A stretch of 64,000 bases of DNA from the IMG/VR virus record IMGVR_UViG_3300020577_006811, positions 18,195 through 82,194 of that record; one strand, given 5' to 3'. Positions 36,161 to 45,085 of this stretch are shown here, one piece after another (position 1 is the stretch's first letter; every line of letters begins with the position of its first letter). The notes under the pieces are model-generated. The model was given only the letters and a program-made list of their open reading frames with translations, did not search any database and was not told where the DNA came from. The stretch is from a virus. Its lineage: Duplodnaviria > Caudoviricetes. Both the position numbers and the translations under genes were made by a program.

Positions 36161-38539
36161 ATGGCGGACGATAACAATCCCTTCGCGCGCTTCGTGGCCA
36201 AGAAGCCCGAAGAGGACAACCCGTTCGCCCAGTTCGCGCGGCCTAAGCCGGAGACGCCTGCTGAGGCCGACACCGGGAATGTCGGCGCGTATGCGCGCGC
36301 GTTACCTACGGACGGGGCGGCATCCAGCCACGCCGATGGCAAGGACAACCGGTCGTGGACGCAGTGGGCGCGCGACAGCGTCATGGGGCGCCATGACCCC
36401 GTGTACCACGGCATCCCCACGTTTGACGAGGCCATGCAGGAGGAGAACAAAGGCAACTTCTTTGCCTCTCCGGAGATCCGGCGCATCCGCACAGGTGCCA
36501 TGACGGCGGGTGACGACGCGATCTACGGCGACATCATGAAAGCGGCCATCGGCGACCGGTTCATTCGGAAGGAGACCGACGCCAATGGCTACGATGTCAT
36601 CGTCTACCACGGTAAAGACGGCACCGAAAAGAAGGCGTACGTGAACCGGCCGGGTCTTGACGCCGAGGATGTCAGCCGTGGGTTGGCAAGCGCTATTCCT
36701 TACGGGCTGGCTGGACTGGCTGCCGCGTATACTGGGGGCACCGCGCCCTTGATCGCACGTGGCGTCGTGCAGGGCCTCAGCCAAGCCGGAACCAGCATCG
36801 GCATGGACATGCTGTCTAAGCCTCTTGGTTCGGAGCAGGGGGTGGACAAAACCCGTGCTGGGATCATGGGCGCCATGGGGGTCGCGGGCGAACTTGCAGC
36901 CCCCGCCGTCGCTGCGGCTTGGCGCAATCTGGTAACGGTGCCGGGGCTGTTTGATGCGGCCGTTGGACGTTTGACTCCGAAAGGGTATCAGGTCGCGATT
37001 GATATCGGACTTGACCCTAACACCTTCACCAAAGATATGGCGAAAGCCTTCGCCAAGGAATACGCCATCACGGGCGATGCGGCGGCAGCTGGGCGGCAGG
37101 TGGCTGCGTCCGACCTTGGGATTGTTTCTACCGTGGGACAGCGGTCCAAAAATCCGCTGGAACTGCTGGAAGAGATGTCCATGCGCAAGGGCCTAAAGGG
37201 TACCGCCGCACAGGAGGAGATGAAGCGATTTGACGACTTGCAGGCGCAGCAATTAACGCGCGCCGCTATGGGCGATGCAGAGAACGCGGGCGCCGGCAAT
37301 CTGCCGAACAGCAAAGGCATTGCAGCAGCACTCAACCCGTCGCGTGATCTGAAAGACGTCGTCCCCGCCGAACTCGGCACAGACATCAAGGAAGGCGTGA
37401 AGGCCGCTCAGCGGGCTGCGCGCGACGCCGAAAACCAGGCATGGCAGGGACTGCACAACGTTACCGCGCACCCCGACGCCATGAAGTTGCTGCCGCAAGC
37501 CATTGGCACTGAGTTGGGCGACCGCGCCGTGGATCAGACCGTGACGCCTGCGGCTTACAACATGGCGAAGATGCTGCAAGGCTACATGAGTGGCGACGCC
37601 ATGAAGCAGCCGTTTGAGGTGTTGGGCCAGACAGCGGCGACGCCAACGGTTGACGGTATGCGGCGGCGCTTGCTGGCCGGCATGGGCGGCGCGGCGACGC
37701 CTGAGGATCGCGCAGTGGCAGGAAAGATCTACGACGGGTTCAACAATTGGATCAAGGAAGCGGCGGACGCTCAGTTGCTGGCTGGGCACCCGGACGCCGC
37801 CGTGGCCTTGCGCAGCGCGCGCGAGATCAGCCGCGAGGTCAAGGATCTGTTCCAGCCCCGGGACCGATCCGGCACCACGGCCGCAGGCCGGATTATTGAC
37901 CGCGTTCTGTCCAAAGAAGATACCCCCGAAGGCGTCGTGCGCGCGCTGGTGGGCACGCCAAGTTCCGATCTGAAGACTGGAACGGTTGACGCGCTGAGCC
38001 GGATGAAGAAGGCCTTGGACACCTACGGTGGGCCGGAGGGCGTCAACACATGGAACGACATCCGCAGCGCTTACTATATGCGTATGGTGACGGAGCCGAC
38101 TGGGAAGTTATTGTCACCGCAGAAGATGCTGACGTCCATTGAGAAGGCCTTCGGCAAGCAGAAATCGGCGCTGGATGTTCTGTTCACGAAAGACGAACTC
38201 GGCCAGATGAAGAAGCTTCAGAAGTCGCTGGAGCAGATCACGTACAAGGACCCGAACCCGTCAGGCTCCGGTTACGCCATCGCTCAGTTCGTCAAGGACG
38301 CGATGGGCAAGTTGCTCTCTGTTGTCGAAATGGTTCCTGGCGGTGGCTACGCTACCGCTCCGTTGCGGGTCGCTGGCCACATCACGAGTACAGCGCGCAA
38401 GGAAATGGCTGGCGCCAAGGCAGCCGCAGCAGCCACCAGTCAAGTGGCGCCGCGCACGCCGCCGCCTGCACTCGGGCCGCAGGCGTCGCTTCTAGCGCAG
38501 CAGTATTTGCGGATGCGCGAGCCCGAGCGCCGCGACTAA
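36161..38539 (+). CDS. Large DNA ejection protein
   Basis: NPFARF/NPFAQF N-terminus, Ala/Gly-rich hydrophobic segments, long helical C-terminus. Confidence 0.75.
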   Translation: MADDNNPFARFVAKKPEEDNPFAQFARPKPETPAEADTGNVGAYARALPTDGAASSHADGKDNRSWTQWARDSVMGRHDPVYHGIPTFDEAMQEENKGNFFASPEIRRIRTGAMTAGDDAIYGDIMKAAIGDRFIRKETDANGYDVIVYHGKDGTEKKAYVNRPGLDAEDVSRGLASAIPYGLAGLAAAYTGGTAPLIARGVVQGLSQAGTSIGMDMLSKPLGSEQGVDKTRAGIMGAMGVAGELAAPAVAAAWRNLVTVPGLFDAAVGRLTPKGYQVAIDIGLDPNTFTKDMAKAFAKEYAITGDAAAAGRQVAASDLGIVSTVGQRSKNPLELLEEMSMRKGLKGTAAQEEMKRFDDLQAQQLTRAAMGDAENAGAGNLPNSKGIAAALNPSRDLKDVVPAELGTDIKEGVKAAQRAARDAENQAWQGLHNVTAHPDAMKLLPQAIGTELGDRAVDQTVTPAAYNMAKMLQGYMSGDAMKQPFEVLGQTAATPTVDGMRRRLLAGMGGAATPEDRAVAGKIYDGFNNWIKEAADAQLLAGHPDAAVALRSAREISREVKDLFQPRDRSGTTAAGRIIDRVLSKEDTPEGVVRALVGTPSSDLKTGTVDALSRMKKALDTYGGPEGVNTWNDIRSAYYMRMVTEPTGKLLSPQKMLTSIEKAFGKQKSALDVLFTKDELGQMKKLQKSLEQITYKDPNPSGSGYAIAQFVKDAMGKLLSVVEMVPGGGYATAPLRVAGHITSTARKEMAGAKAAAAATSQVAPRTPPPALGPQASLLAQQYLRMREPERRD

Positions 38540-38868
38540 CGCAGTCCCAGCCACAATAGCACCGCGGCGCCTCCCACCACCATAAATGGGACGGCGCCGT
38601 CTTTTATTTCGTCGGGCGGCAGGCGCTGCCAGGCGGTGCGCACGCTGTTGTAGGTCGCCCAGATGAAGAACGGCGGCAGGGCGACGTTGAAGCAGAACGC
38701 GGTCCATGCGGCGGAGTGGTCGGGGAGCGCGGCGCCAAGGTAGCCCCAGGCCACGGCCTGCAGCAGACCGTAGCAGCAGGCGTGCACGATGAGGAGCCGG
38801 CCGGGCCGGTTGCGGGCGTCGGCAAGGTAGTCTCTAGCTTGAGCTAAGGCGGTTCCCAGCGTCCCCAT
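38536..38868 (-). CDS. Small membrane protein (~3 TM), convergent with the ejection genes
   Basis: Hydrophobic segments; stops overlap at 38536-38539. Confidence 0.6.
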   Translation of the reverse strand: MGTLGTALAQARDYLADARNRPGRLLIVHACCYGLLQAVAWGYLGAALPDHSAAWTAFCFNVALPPFFIWATYNSVRTAWQRLPPDEIKDGAVPFMVVGGAAVLLWLGLR

Positions 38869-39112
38869 CAGGGGTGGCTAGGCTGATTTGCGTGGTCCGG
38901 ACAGGGCAGCGAACGGCTTATCCACGGCCGTTGGCCTCTCAAAGAAGCCAAAATCGCGCAAGATGCCCACTTTGGGTCGGGGGCGTCTATTGATCCTTAG
39001 GTGAGCGGTTGCCGGCACAATCCTTGCCGTGCGGGCTTTGGTCCAAGGCGTGGCTAGTCTATGAGCGCTGTCCTATGTTCCGTTTGCCTAAAGATTGGTC
39101 CAAGGCCGCATC

Positions 39113-39580
39113 TCAGGCAGCTTGCTCAACGAGATCGGTTGCTGGGCCAACACTTGGCCTTTGCCGGCGCCCGATATGGCGCCAACGAGCCGCCTTTGCT
39201 GCCTTCAGAGATATGCCCATTTCGCGCGCAATCCCTTCGTCATTCCCGTGCTTTGCGTCGGCCGCCTTAAGCTTGGCGATGCGCTCGGCGTCCCAGGTGC
39301 GCCAGCCGCGCTTGCTGAACCTTGGCAGCGGGGCTTTCTGGTCTGTGGCCTCAAACGCTCGGGCCATCGCTTTCGCGACAGCCACACGGTGAAGCGGCGA
39401 AAGGGCCGCATAATTTTCAGCGTATTTCGGGCTGGCCAGGAAATCCCGGAACGTCTTCATGTTCCCAAACTTCGCGATGTGCGCGAATTTCTTGAGCAGG
39501 AAGCTGTTTGCCTTATAGGGCGAGATGTAGCGAATGCTCATGGTCTCCGGCGATAATTTTTTATTTGGTGCTGGCATCAT
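39113..39580 (-). CDS. Hypothetical protein with C-terminal HTH-like segment
   Basis: GAGGAG SD; NDEGIAREMGISLKAAKAARWR. Confidence 0.6.
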   Translation of the reverse strand: MMPAPNKKLSPETMSIRYISPYKANSFLLKKFAHIAKFGNMKTFRDFLASPKYAENYAALSPLHRVAVAKAMARAFEATDQKAPLPRFSKRGWRTWDAERIAKLKAADAKHGNDEGIAREMGISLKAAKAARWRHIGRRQRPSVGPATDLVEQAA

Positions 39581-39681
39581 GGTCGGCTTACTCCTCACGC
39601 TACATCCGTTCGCTGCGTTCCCCAAAATTAAAATCCCACGCTGAAGGCGCCGTCAAGGCGACAGTAGCAGGAGCGCATTGC

Positions 39682-40794
39682 ATGCCGATCATCATGAAGC
39701 CTGACGTGCTGGACTTATCTTCTTGGAACAACGTTGAGGACTGGTTCGCCGTCAAGAATTCCGGCATCAAGGGGATCATTCACAAGGCGTCAGAGGGTGT
39801 CGGCTTCGTGGACCGCACCTACGCCAAGCGCAAAGCCGACGTTGAGCGCGCGGGGATGCTCTGGGGCTCGTACCATTTCCTGAACCGGGCACCCGCCGAC
39901 CAGCAAGCGAAGCACTACATCAAGGCGTCGCTGTGGACGCCGGGCGCCAACATGCTGCTATGTTGCGACTGGGAGCCGTACGGCGCCAACACCGCGTCAC
40001 TGGCTCAAGCCAAGGAATTCCTGCGCATCGTCTACGAGGAGACGGGGCAGCGCCCGGTGCTCTATTCCGGCAACCTCGTCAAGGAACAAGGCCGCGGAGA
40101 TCCGTTCCTGTGCCAGCACCGACTTTGGCTGGCGCAATACACACAAGGGCGCCCGCAACTCCCTAGGGGGTGGTCGCAGTATTGGATGTGGCAGTACGCG
40201 GGGGACGGTATCTTTGGCACGGGCACCATCCCAGGCATTTCCACTAAGGGCATTGACTGCAACACGTTTGGCGGCGTTGACCTCGCTGCCGAATGGGCTG
40301 GACGCTTGCAAGACCGGCGCAACGCGCCGACGCCAGAGCCGAGCGAAAGCCCGTACATTGAGCCCGTAGATCCTGCGGAAATGGCGTCTGGCGCACCTGC
40401 GGCTGGTGGCGCCGGGCCAACAACTGAGCCCGTTTCGCTGACCTCACGCATCGTGACCGCAAGCACGACGGCCGCAGCCATCAATGAGCTTAGCGATCAG
40501 GGATCAAGACTTGGCAATCTGTTTCGTACCGTCAAGCAGCGCTTTTGGAAGGCGGTAGCCACCACGGGGGCTGTGGGCGGTGCCGCTGGCGGCGTGGTCA
40601 AGACCGATCAGGGCAACGCCGCCACCATTGCGGACTGGGCGCAGGCGCACCCTATCGCTTTTGGCTGCATCATCGGCGGCGGCATCGGTCTACTGGTCGG
40701 CGGTATCCTGCTCTACTTCGTGGTCAAACGCGGCGAACGCTGGTTGGCAACGGCCTACAACGCCGGCCGCTACGAGCCGCGCAAGGAGGCTTGA
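39682..40794 (+). CDS. Endolysin, GH25 muramidase with C-terminal hydrophobic segments
   Basis: DLSSWN, HKASEG, GSYHF, CDWE, LWLAQY, WQY, IDCNTF; AGGAG SD. Confidence 0.92.
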   Translation: MPIIMKPDVLDLSSWNNVEDWFAVKNSGIKGIIHKASEGVGFVDRTYAKRKADVERAGMLWGSYHFLNRAPADQQAKHYIKASLWTPGANMLLCCDWEPYGANTASLAQAKEFLRIVYEETGQRPVLYSGNLVKEQGRGDPFLCQHRLWLAQYTQGRPQLPRGWSQYWMWQYAGDGIFGTGTIPGISTKGIDCNTFGGVDLAAEWAGRLQDRRNAPTPEPSESPYIEPVDPAEMASGAPAAGGAGPTTEPVSLTSRIVTASTTAAAINELSDQGSRLGNLFRTVKQRFWKAVATTGAVGGAAGGVVKTDQGNAATIADWAQAHPIAFGCIIGGGIGLLVGGILLYFVVKRGERWLATAYNAGRYEPRKEA

Positions 40795-40797
40795 GCC

Positions 40798-41109
40798 ATG
40801 ATCCCGATTGGTTTCGACGTCGCCATGGTGCTGCGATTTATTGCCGGGCTCGGCATTGCGGCAGCCGTCTGGTGGGTTGCTGACGCCATTGGCGACGCGC
40901 GTGAAGCGAAAATCTACGCTCGCATTGATCGTGCGATCGAAAGCACAAACGCAGAAATTGACAAGCGCCTGACGCTTGATGAAAGAGTAGCGGCAGTCGC
41001 TGAAGCGGCCCGCGCGAAAGCGCTGTCCGATGCGTTGCGTCTCCCCTCGGTTGCTGTTGCGTGCCCCGCCAACAAAGCTCAGGCCGAAGCCCTGAGCGCA
41101 ATCAAGTAG
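40798..41109 (+). CDS. Inner-membrane spanin (Rz-like)
   Basis: N-terminal TM followed by coiled coil, after the endolysin. Confidence 0.7.
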   Translation: MIPIGFDVAMVLRFIAGLGIAAAVWWVADAIGDAREAKIYARIDRAIESTNAEIDKRLTLDERVAAVAEAARAKALSDALRLPSVAVACPANKAQAEALSAIK

Positions 41110-41116
41110 GCGCCTT

Positions 41117-41374
41117 ATGCGGAAATTCGCTCCCCTTGTCTGCCTCGCTCTCGGCGCTTGCGGCACCGCGCAGGCCGTGCCGACTGTGCCAGGCAAGATC
41201 ACGCCGCCGTCGCGCGAACTGATGAAGCCGCCGGCCGACCTGCCGAAGCTGACCGAAGGCGACAGCATTTACGATCATGCGGCCATGTGCCGGGCCGAGT
41301 ACGGGCGCGTTTCCAGCCAAGTCACAGGGCTCCAATCGTGGTCCACCATCGTCACTCGCCGGAAAGGAAACTGA
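41117..41374 (+). CDS. Outer-membrane spanin lipoprotein (Rz1-like)
   Basis: Lipobox LGAC, Pro-rich mature part. Confidence 0.8.
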   Translation: MRKFAPLVCLALGACGTAQAVPTVPGKITPPSRELMKPPADLPKLTEGDSIYDHAAMCRAEYGRVSSQVTGLQSWSTIVTRRKGN

Positions 41375-41377
41375 CCC

Positions 41378-42076
41378 ATGGCCGCGAAGTCTAAACTGAT
41401 GCTGATGAGCAAGATCAAGGCGAAGAAGAAGCCTGAGCACAAGGCGGCCGTTGAAGGCGACGCGCCTCGCCAGAGACTGGACCGTCCGGGCCGGATGCGG
41501 ATGCGTCGCGCGGATGGCGGGGTGACGATCAGCGAGGATAGCAAAAAGGAAGTCGAGCGTCTGCGTGATCATGGAGACAAGAACGCCATGATTGCAGCCG
41601 GCAAAGGCGCCACTGCGGGTTTTTTGATTAACAGACTTGGCCAAGCTATGGGTGGTTCAAAGCCCGCGTCCCGGGCTGTCGGGACAGCCGCTGGATTGTT
41701 AGGGATGGGCGCGGACGAACGTACAAAAAAAGCGGCCGACGCATTTCGCGAATCCAACCGCATTGAACGCGGCGAGGCCGAGCCCGGCAAGGAAGACCGT
41801 GCCGCCGGAGGTCGCGTCAAGCGCGCAGATGGGGGCATCGTTGAAGATTACATCAAGCCCGGACTTCCGACTGCGGTGCCCGCTGCTATCCAATCGCTTG
41901 CCCGTCGTTACCTGCCATCGCGCCGCGACCCGGAGATGGAGGCGAAACTTAAAGACGCGGCCTCTAACGCGGCGACGGGAGCAGGTGGCGCCCTTATGAA
42001 AGCGGGTCTCCGGCCGTCTGGCAAGGCGGTTGACGGCAAGGAAGATCGCAAGCGCGGTGGGAGGGTTTGCAAATGA
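41378..42076 (+). CDS. AxGGxV-motif family paralogue 3 with two cassettes
   Basis: VEGDAPRQRLDRPGR; RADGG...GKEDRAAGGRVK then RADGG...GKEDRKRGGRV. Confidence 0.8.
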   Translation: MAAKSKLMLMSKIKAKKKPEHKAAVEGDAPRQRLDRPGRMRMRRADGGVTISEDSKKEVERLRDHGDKNAMIAAGKGATAGFLINRLGQAMGGSKPASRAVGTAAGLLGMGADERTKKAADAFRESNRIERGEAEPGKEDRAAGGRVKRADGGIVEDYIKPGLPTAVPAAIQSLARRYLPSRRDPEMEAKLKDAASNAATGAGGALMKAGLRPSGKAVDGKEDRKRGGRVCK

Positions 42077-42231
42077 AACACCACGCCCGCCGCCGTTGGG
42101 ACGAAAGCAAGCACGTGATGATCGGGTCGGCTATCACCATTGCCGTCATCTTCGGTCTCGTATTTGGCGTCGGCTACGGTGTGCGGCCGCCAGACCCGGT
42201 TCTGGTGGCACCGCAAGCGTTGGGGAAATGA
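42073..42231 (+). CDS. Small single-TM protein (52 aa)
   Basis: ATGA overlap; IGSAITIAVIFGLVFGVGYG. Confidence 0.6.
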   Translation: MKHHARRRWDESKHVMIGSAITIAVIFGLVFGVGYGVRPPDPVLVAPQALGK

Positions 42232-42233
42232 CC

Positions 42234-42407
42234 ATGTCCGACGTCGTCTCTATCGCCAATTATAGCCGCCCATCGGCCACACCCCGTGATGCAGCGCAGA
42301 ACGGCGTGATTAAAAATTTCACGCAGGCGTTGAATATCTGTACGATATGCTCGTCTTCATCGCATCGTGCGTCGAAGTGCCCCCAACGCGTGAAGGACAT
42401 GGATTAA
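42234..42407 (+). CDS. Small protein with CCHC zinc knuckle
   Basis: CTICSSSSHRASKC = CX2CX4HX4C. Confidence 0.6.
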   Translation: MSDVVSIANYSRPSATPRDAAQNGVIKNFTQALNICTICSSSSHRASKCPQRVKDMD

Positions 42408-42431
42408 CGCGAGCTTCAAAAATGGCAGACG

Positions 42432-42842
42432 ATGTACGAACCGAACTGGCCCGGGCGGCACGAAAATTCTCCTACGTTGGGGCTGGCCCGGCTGGAAGGG
42501 AAATTAGATTCGCAGACGCAAATCCTGCTGCACCTGGTCCGTTTGAACGAGACAGCTATTACGGCCTCGCGGACCTCTACGCCAGCCGGCAACCGGACAT
42601 CTGGCCCACGCCGCTCACGGCCGCTCCCGCCCAGGCCACTCACGCCGCCGCAGGGCCATACGGACGAGAGCCTGCTTATGACCGTGCTTCGCCATTTCGC
42701 ACCGAAGGCATTGATGTGGGCGGCTGGCCGCCTGTTCAGCCTAGCGCTGCAGTTCCTGCTGCCGACGCTGGTTCTGGCCTGGGCGCTGACACAGAAGGGA
42801 CTTGGTACGGTCTGGCAACTGCTGCTGGGAGCGCTGTCATGA
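42432..42842 (+). CDS. Membrane protein, holin/antiholin candidate
   Basis: Soluble N-terminus, hydrophobic C-terminal helices; near lysis genes. Confidence 0.5.
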   Translation: MYEPNWPGRHENSPTLGLARLEGKLDSQTQILLHLVRLNETAITASRTSTPAGNRTSGPRRSRPLPPRPLTPPQGHTDESLLMTVLRHFAPKALMWAAGRLFSLALQFLLPTLVLAWALTQKGLGTVWQLLLGALS

Positions 42843-42937
42843 TCGCGGCAGGATGGCGGCTGATCAAGAAGCACAAAGTGGCCGCGACCCTGTGGTGCCT
42901 TGCGCTTATTGCGCTGATGCTGCCGCATCCGTACTGA
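42839..42937 (+). CDS. Tiny TM peptide (32 aa)
   Basis: ATGA overlap; basic N-terminus then hydrophobic stretch. Confidence 0.45.
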   Translation: MIAAGWRLIKKHKVAATLWCLALIALMLPHPY

Positions 42938-43150
42938 GTGCGCTCAACAGTTCAACAAGAAATGGCGGCGCGTGTTCCCACGGCCGCCATCTTTATTTCC
43001 AGTGCGTCATTCAACGACGCCCGCATGACGCTCTCGGCGCTGATCGCCGACCCGCCGCAACACGCGTAGATGAAATGCCCCCTGCGCTCCGCGTGCTGCG
43101 ATTATGTCACGACGTTTGGATCAACGCCGAAGAACGAGCCGGGGTAGACG

Positions 43151-43456
43151 TCAAATCAGTGCGGGCTCCTCTTCGTCCTGCCGCGCGAGGTAGTCGCCCA
43201 TCGGGGTGTCGTCCAACATGCCCAAACCATGAAGGTAGGTACTTAAAACTGCCTCTTCTTCCTCCCGCTCTGTCTTGGACTTCTTCCGAAGTGCAATCAC
43301 CTTCCTGAGAATCTTTGCGTCAAAGCCAAGATTTTTACCTTCGGCGTACTTGTCGCGGATGTCGGCGGCGATGGCCTTGTGCTCCTCGGAAAGACGCTCA
43401 ATCTGTTCAACGAGCTGCCGCAATTGTTTTTGCGCTGAAACCTGCAATGTCGTCAT
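43151..43456 (-). CDS. gapR: GapR-like (DUF2312) DNA-binding protein
   Basis: [15 protein letters not shown]...[25 protein letters not shown]...EEEAVL.TY..LGM. Confidence 0.9.
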   Translation of the reverse strand: MTTLQVSAQKQLRQLVEQIERLSEEHKAIAADIRDKYAEGKNLGFDAKILRKVIALRKKSKTEREEEEAVLSTYLHGLGMLDDTPMGDYLARQDEEEPALI

Positions 43457-43522
43457 GTTCGCTCTCCTGTCGCTTCCGCCGACACGTCCGATGCAACGTG
43501 TCGGCGTTTTGCCAGATTGCCG

Positions 43523-44203
43523 TCAGAACTTGAAGTTGATGGCACCCTTGATGGTGTCCACGCGCACGTCACTGGTGTTGGTGTACTGGAAGCCAATCGG
43601 CGCGTCGGTGATGCTGGTCTGCAGCGCGTCCTTGCTGCCGAAATCCATGCGGGTCCAGTCCACGCGCAGGCTCCAGCCGTTGCCAAGCGCCTGTTCAAGG
43701 CCTGCGCCGTAGACAAAGCCGGACATGGCACTGGAGCGGGTGGTCTCGTACCCAGGCTTGGTGGTGGTCTGGCCAGCGGTGGCGCCCCAGTAGGCGTAGC
43801 CGCCCTTGCCATAGATCATGGTGCGATCCAGGGCGATGCCAAGGCGGCCGACGGCCATGCCGTACCAGCCGCCCGTGAGATCCAGGTCTTGATGGTAGAT
43901 GGGGTTAGACGACGGCACGAGACCGGTGCCGGTCAGCTTCATGTAGCCGCCTTCAATCTCCGCGCCCAGCACCAGCATGCCGAACTGCTGATTGACGCCA
44001 AGCTGTGCGCCGCCCGTAAACCCTTTGGGGCTGTAGTCGAAGGGGCCTGGGGGCACGCCGCCGTTGGTGTCCGTGGTGGACACGTCTCCCATGCCGTAGC
44101 CGGCGTTGAGGCCCCAGTAGAAGCCCGACCAGTTGTAGGTCTGGGCCGATGCGGTGGTGGCTGATGCAAGCAGCAGGGCTGCGACAAGTGCAAAACGCTT
44201 CAT
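43523..44203 (-). CDS. Outer-membrane beta-barrel, Omp25/RopB-like (copy 1)
   Basis: Signal peptide; YNWSGFYWGLNAGYG, GGAQLG, GRLG, YGAGLE, C-terminal NFKF. Confidence 0.9.
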   Translation of the reverse strand: MKRFALVAALLLASATTASAQTYNWSGFYWGLNAGYGMGDVSTTDTNGGVPPGPFDYSPKGFTGGAQLGVNQQFGMLVLGAEIEGGYMKLTGTGLVPSSNPIYHQDLDLTGGWYGMAVGRLGIALDRTMIYGKGGYAYWGATAGQTTTKPGYETTRSSAMSGFVYGAGLEQALGNGWSLRVDWTRMDFGSKDALQTSITDAPIGFQYTNTSDVRVDTIKGAINFKF

Positions 44204-44247
44204 GCTCTCTCTCCGTGTGTTGCTTTCCAATTTCCAATTTTTCAAGC

Positions 44248-44922
44248 TTAGTCCTTTTTCAGCAAGCGACGCCAGATCCTTGGTTTCCGTGGCGCGTCAG
44301 GGTCGCGCGGTTCGGTCAGGCGCACGTCATAACCGCGATTTTCCAGTTGCCGAATGGCGGCCTCGGTGGCCGGGTCGCCCGTGTCGGCGACCTCTTGCTT
44401 GGAGCGGCATGGGATGGCGTCAATGCTGCACTGGTGGAGTTCACGACCACCGAAGTCAGCCATCTTTTCTGAGGCGCGATTGCCCGTTGCGGAACGCCAG
44501 CACTCAAAGATTGCGGCCTCGCCGTTGGCGACATCCATGTATCGGCCACCGATGCGAGCGCGCACGATCTCGGCCCATGCCGCCTGCGCCTGCTCTTTAG
44601 CCTTGTCCTTGTCAAAGGCTTCAATGCCGATGGCGCTGATCTTGCCCGTGTGGCAGCGCGGGCCTTGCGCGGTGTCCTCGCGACGCACATAGCCGTACAC
44701 CTGCGGCGTATAGTATGGGCGAGGCGCGTGATAGTGCGGCTCTACGCGACGGTAGGGGCCCCAATCGTACTCGCAGGAGCGGGCGCCAGTGAACGTGTTG
44801 GTGTAACAGCGCTTGCCGATGGCGCGACGGACCCAGCGGCCGTCCTCAGAATAATCGAAAGCCGGCTGCGCGCTAGCCGGCGCCGCGGCGATCAGTGCCG
44901 CCAGAAGAATGAACTTTCGCAT
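44248..44922 (-). CDS. Secreted/periplasmic Cys-containing protein
   Basis: Signal peptide MRKFILLAALIAAAPASAQ; several Cys. Confidence 0.7.
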   Translation of the reverse strand: MRKFILLAALIAAAPASAQPAFDYSEDGRWVRRAIGKRCYTNTFTGARSCEYDWGPYRRVEPHYHAPRPYYTPQVYGYVRREDTAQGPRCHTGKISAIGIEAFDKDKAKEQAQAAWAEIVRARIGGRYMDVANGEAAIFECWRSATGNRASEKMADFGGRELHQCSIDAIPCRSKQEVADTGDPATEAAIRQLENRGYDVRLTEPRDPDAPRKPRIWRRLLKKD

Positions 44923-45073
44923 TGTGCCCCTCTTTCGCCTCCACAGCGGCCAGCATGCGGGCCGCCTCGTACTTCCCCAAGTAGCGCCCGCCCTGGTCTA
45001 CCAAATGTGCAGCGGCCTCGTCACCGACCCGCACCGGCTTTTTCTGAACCGGGTCCAGAACCCATTTAGCCAT
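44873..45073 (-). CDS. Hypothetical protein
   Basis: 66 aa, in the leftward operon. Confidence 0.45.
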   Translation of the reverse strand: MAKWVLDPVQKKPVRVGDEAAAHLVDQGGRYLGKYEAARMLAAVEAKEGHNAKVHSSGGTDRRGAG

Positions 45074-45085
45074 TACACGCTCCCG

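Noticed and set aside
42938-43150. Short ORFs in the convergence zone between the lysis and GapR operons
   Set aside because: 25-35 aa frames with no SD or motif; probably non-coding
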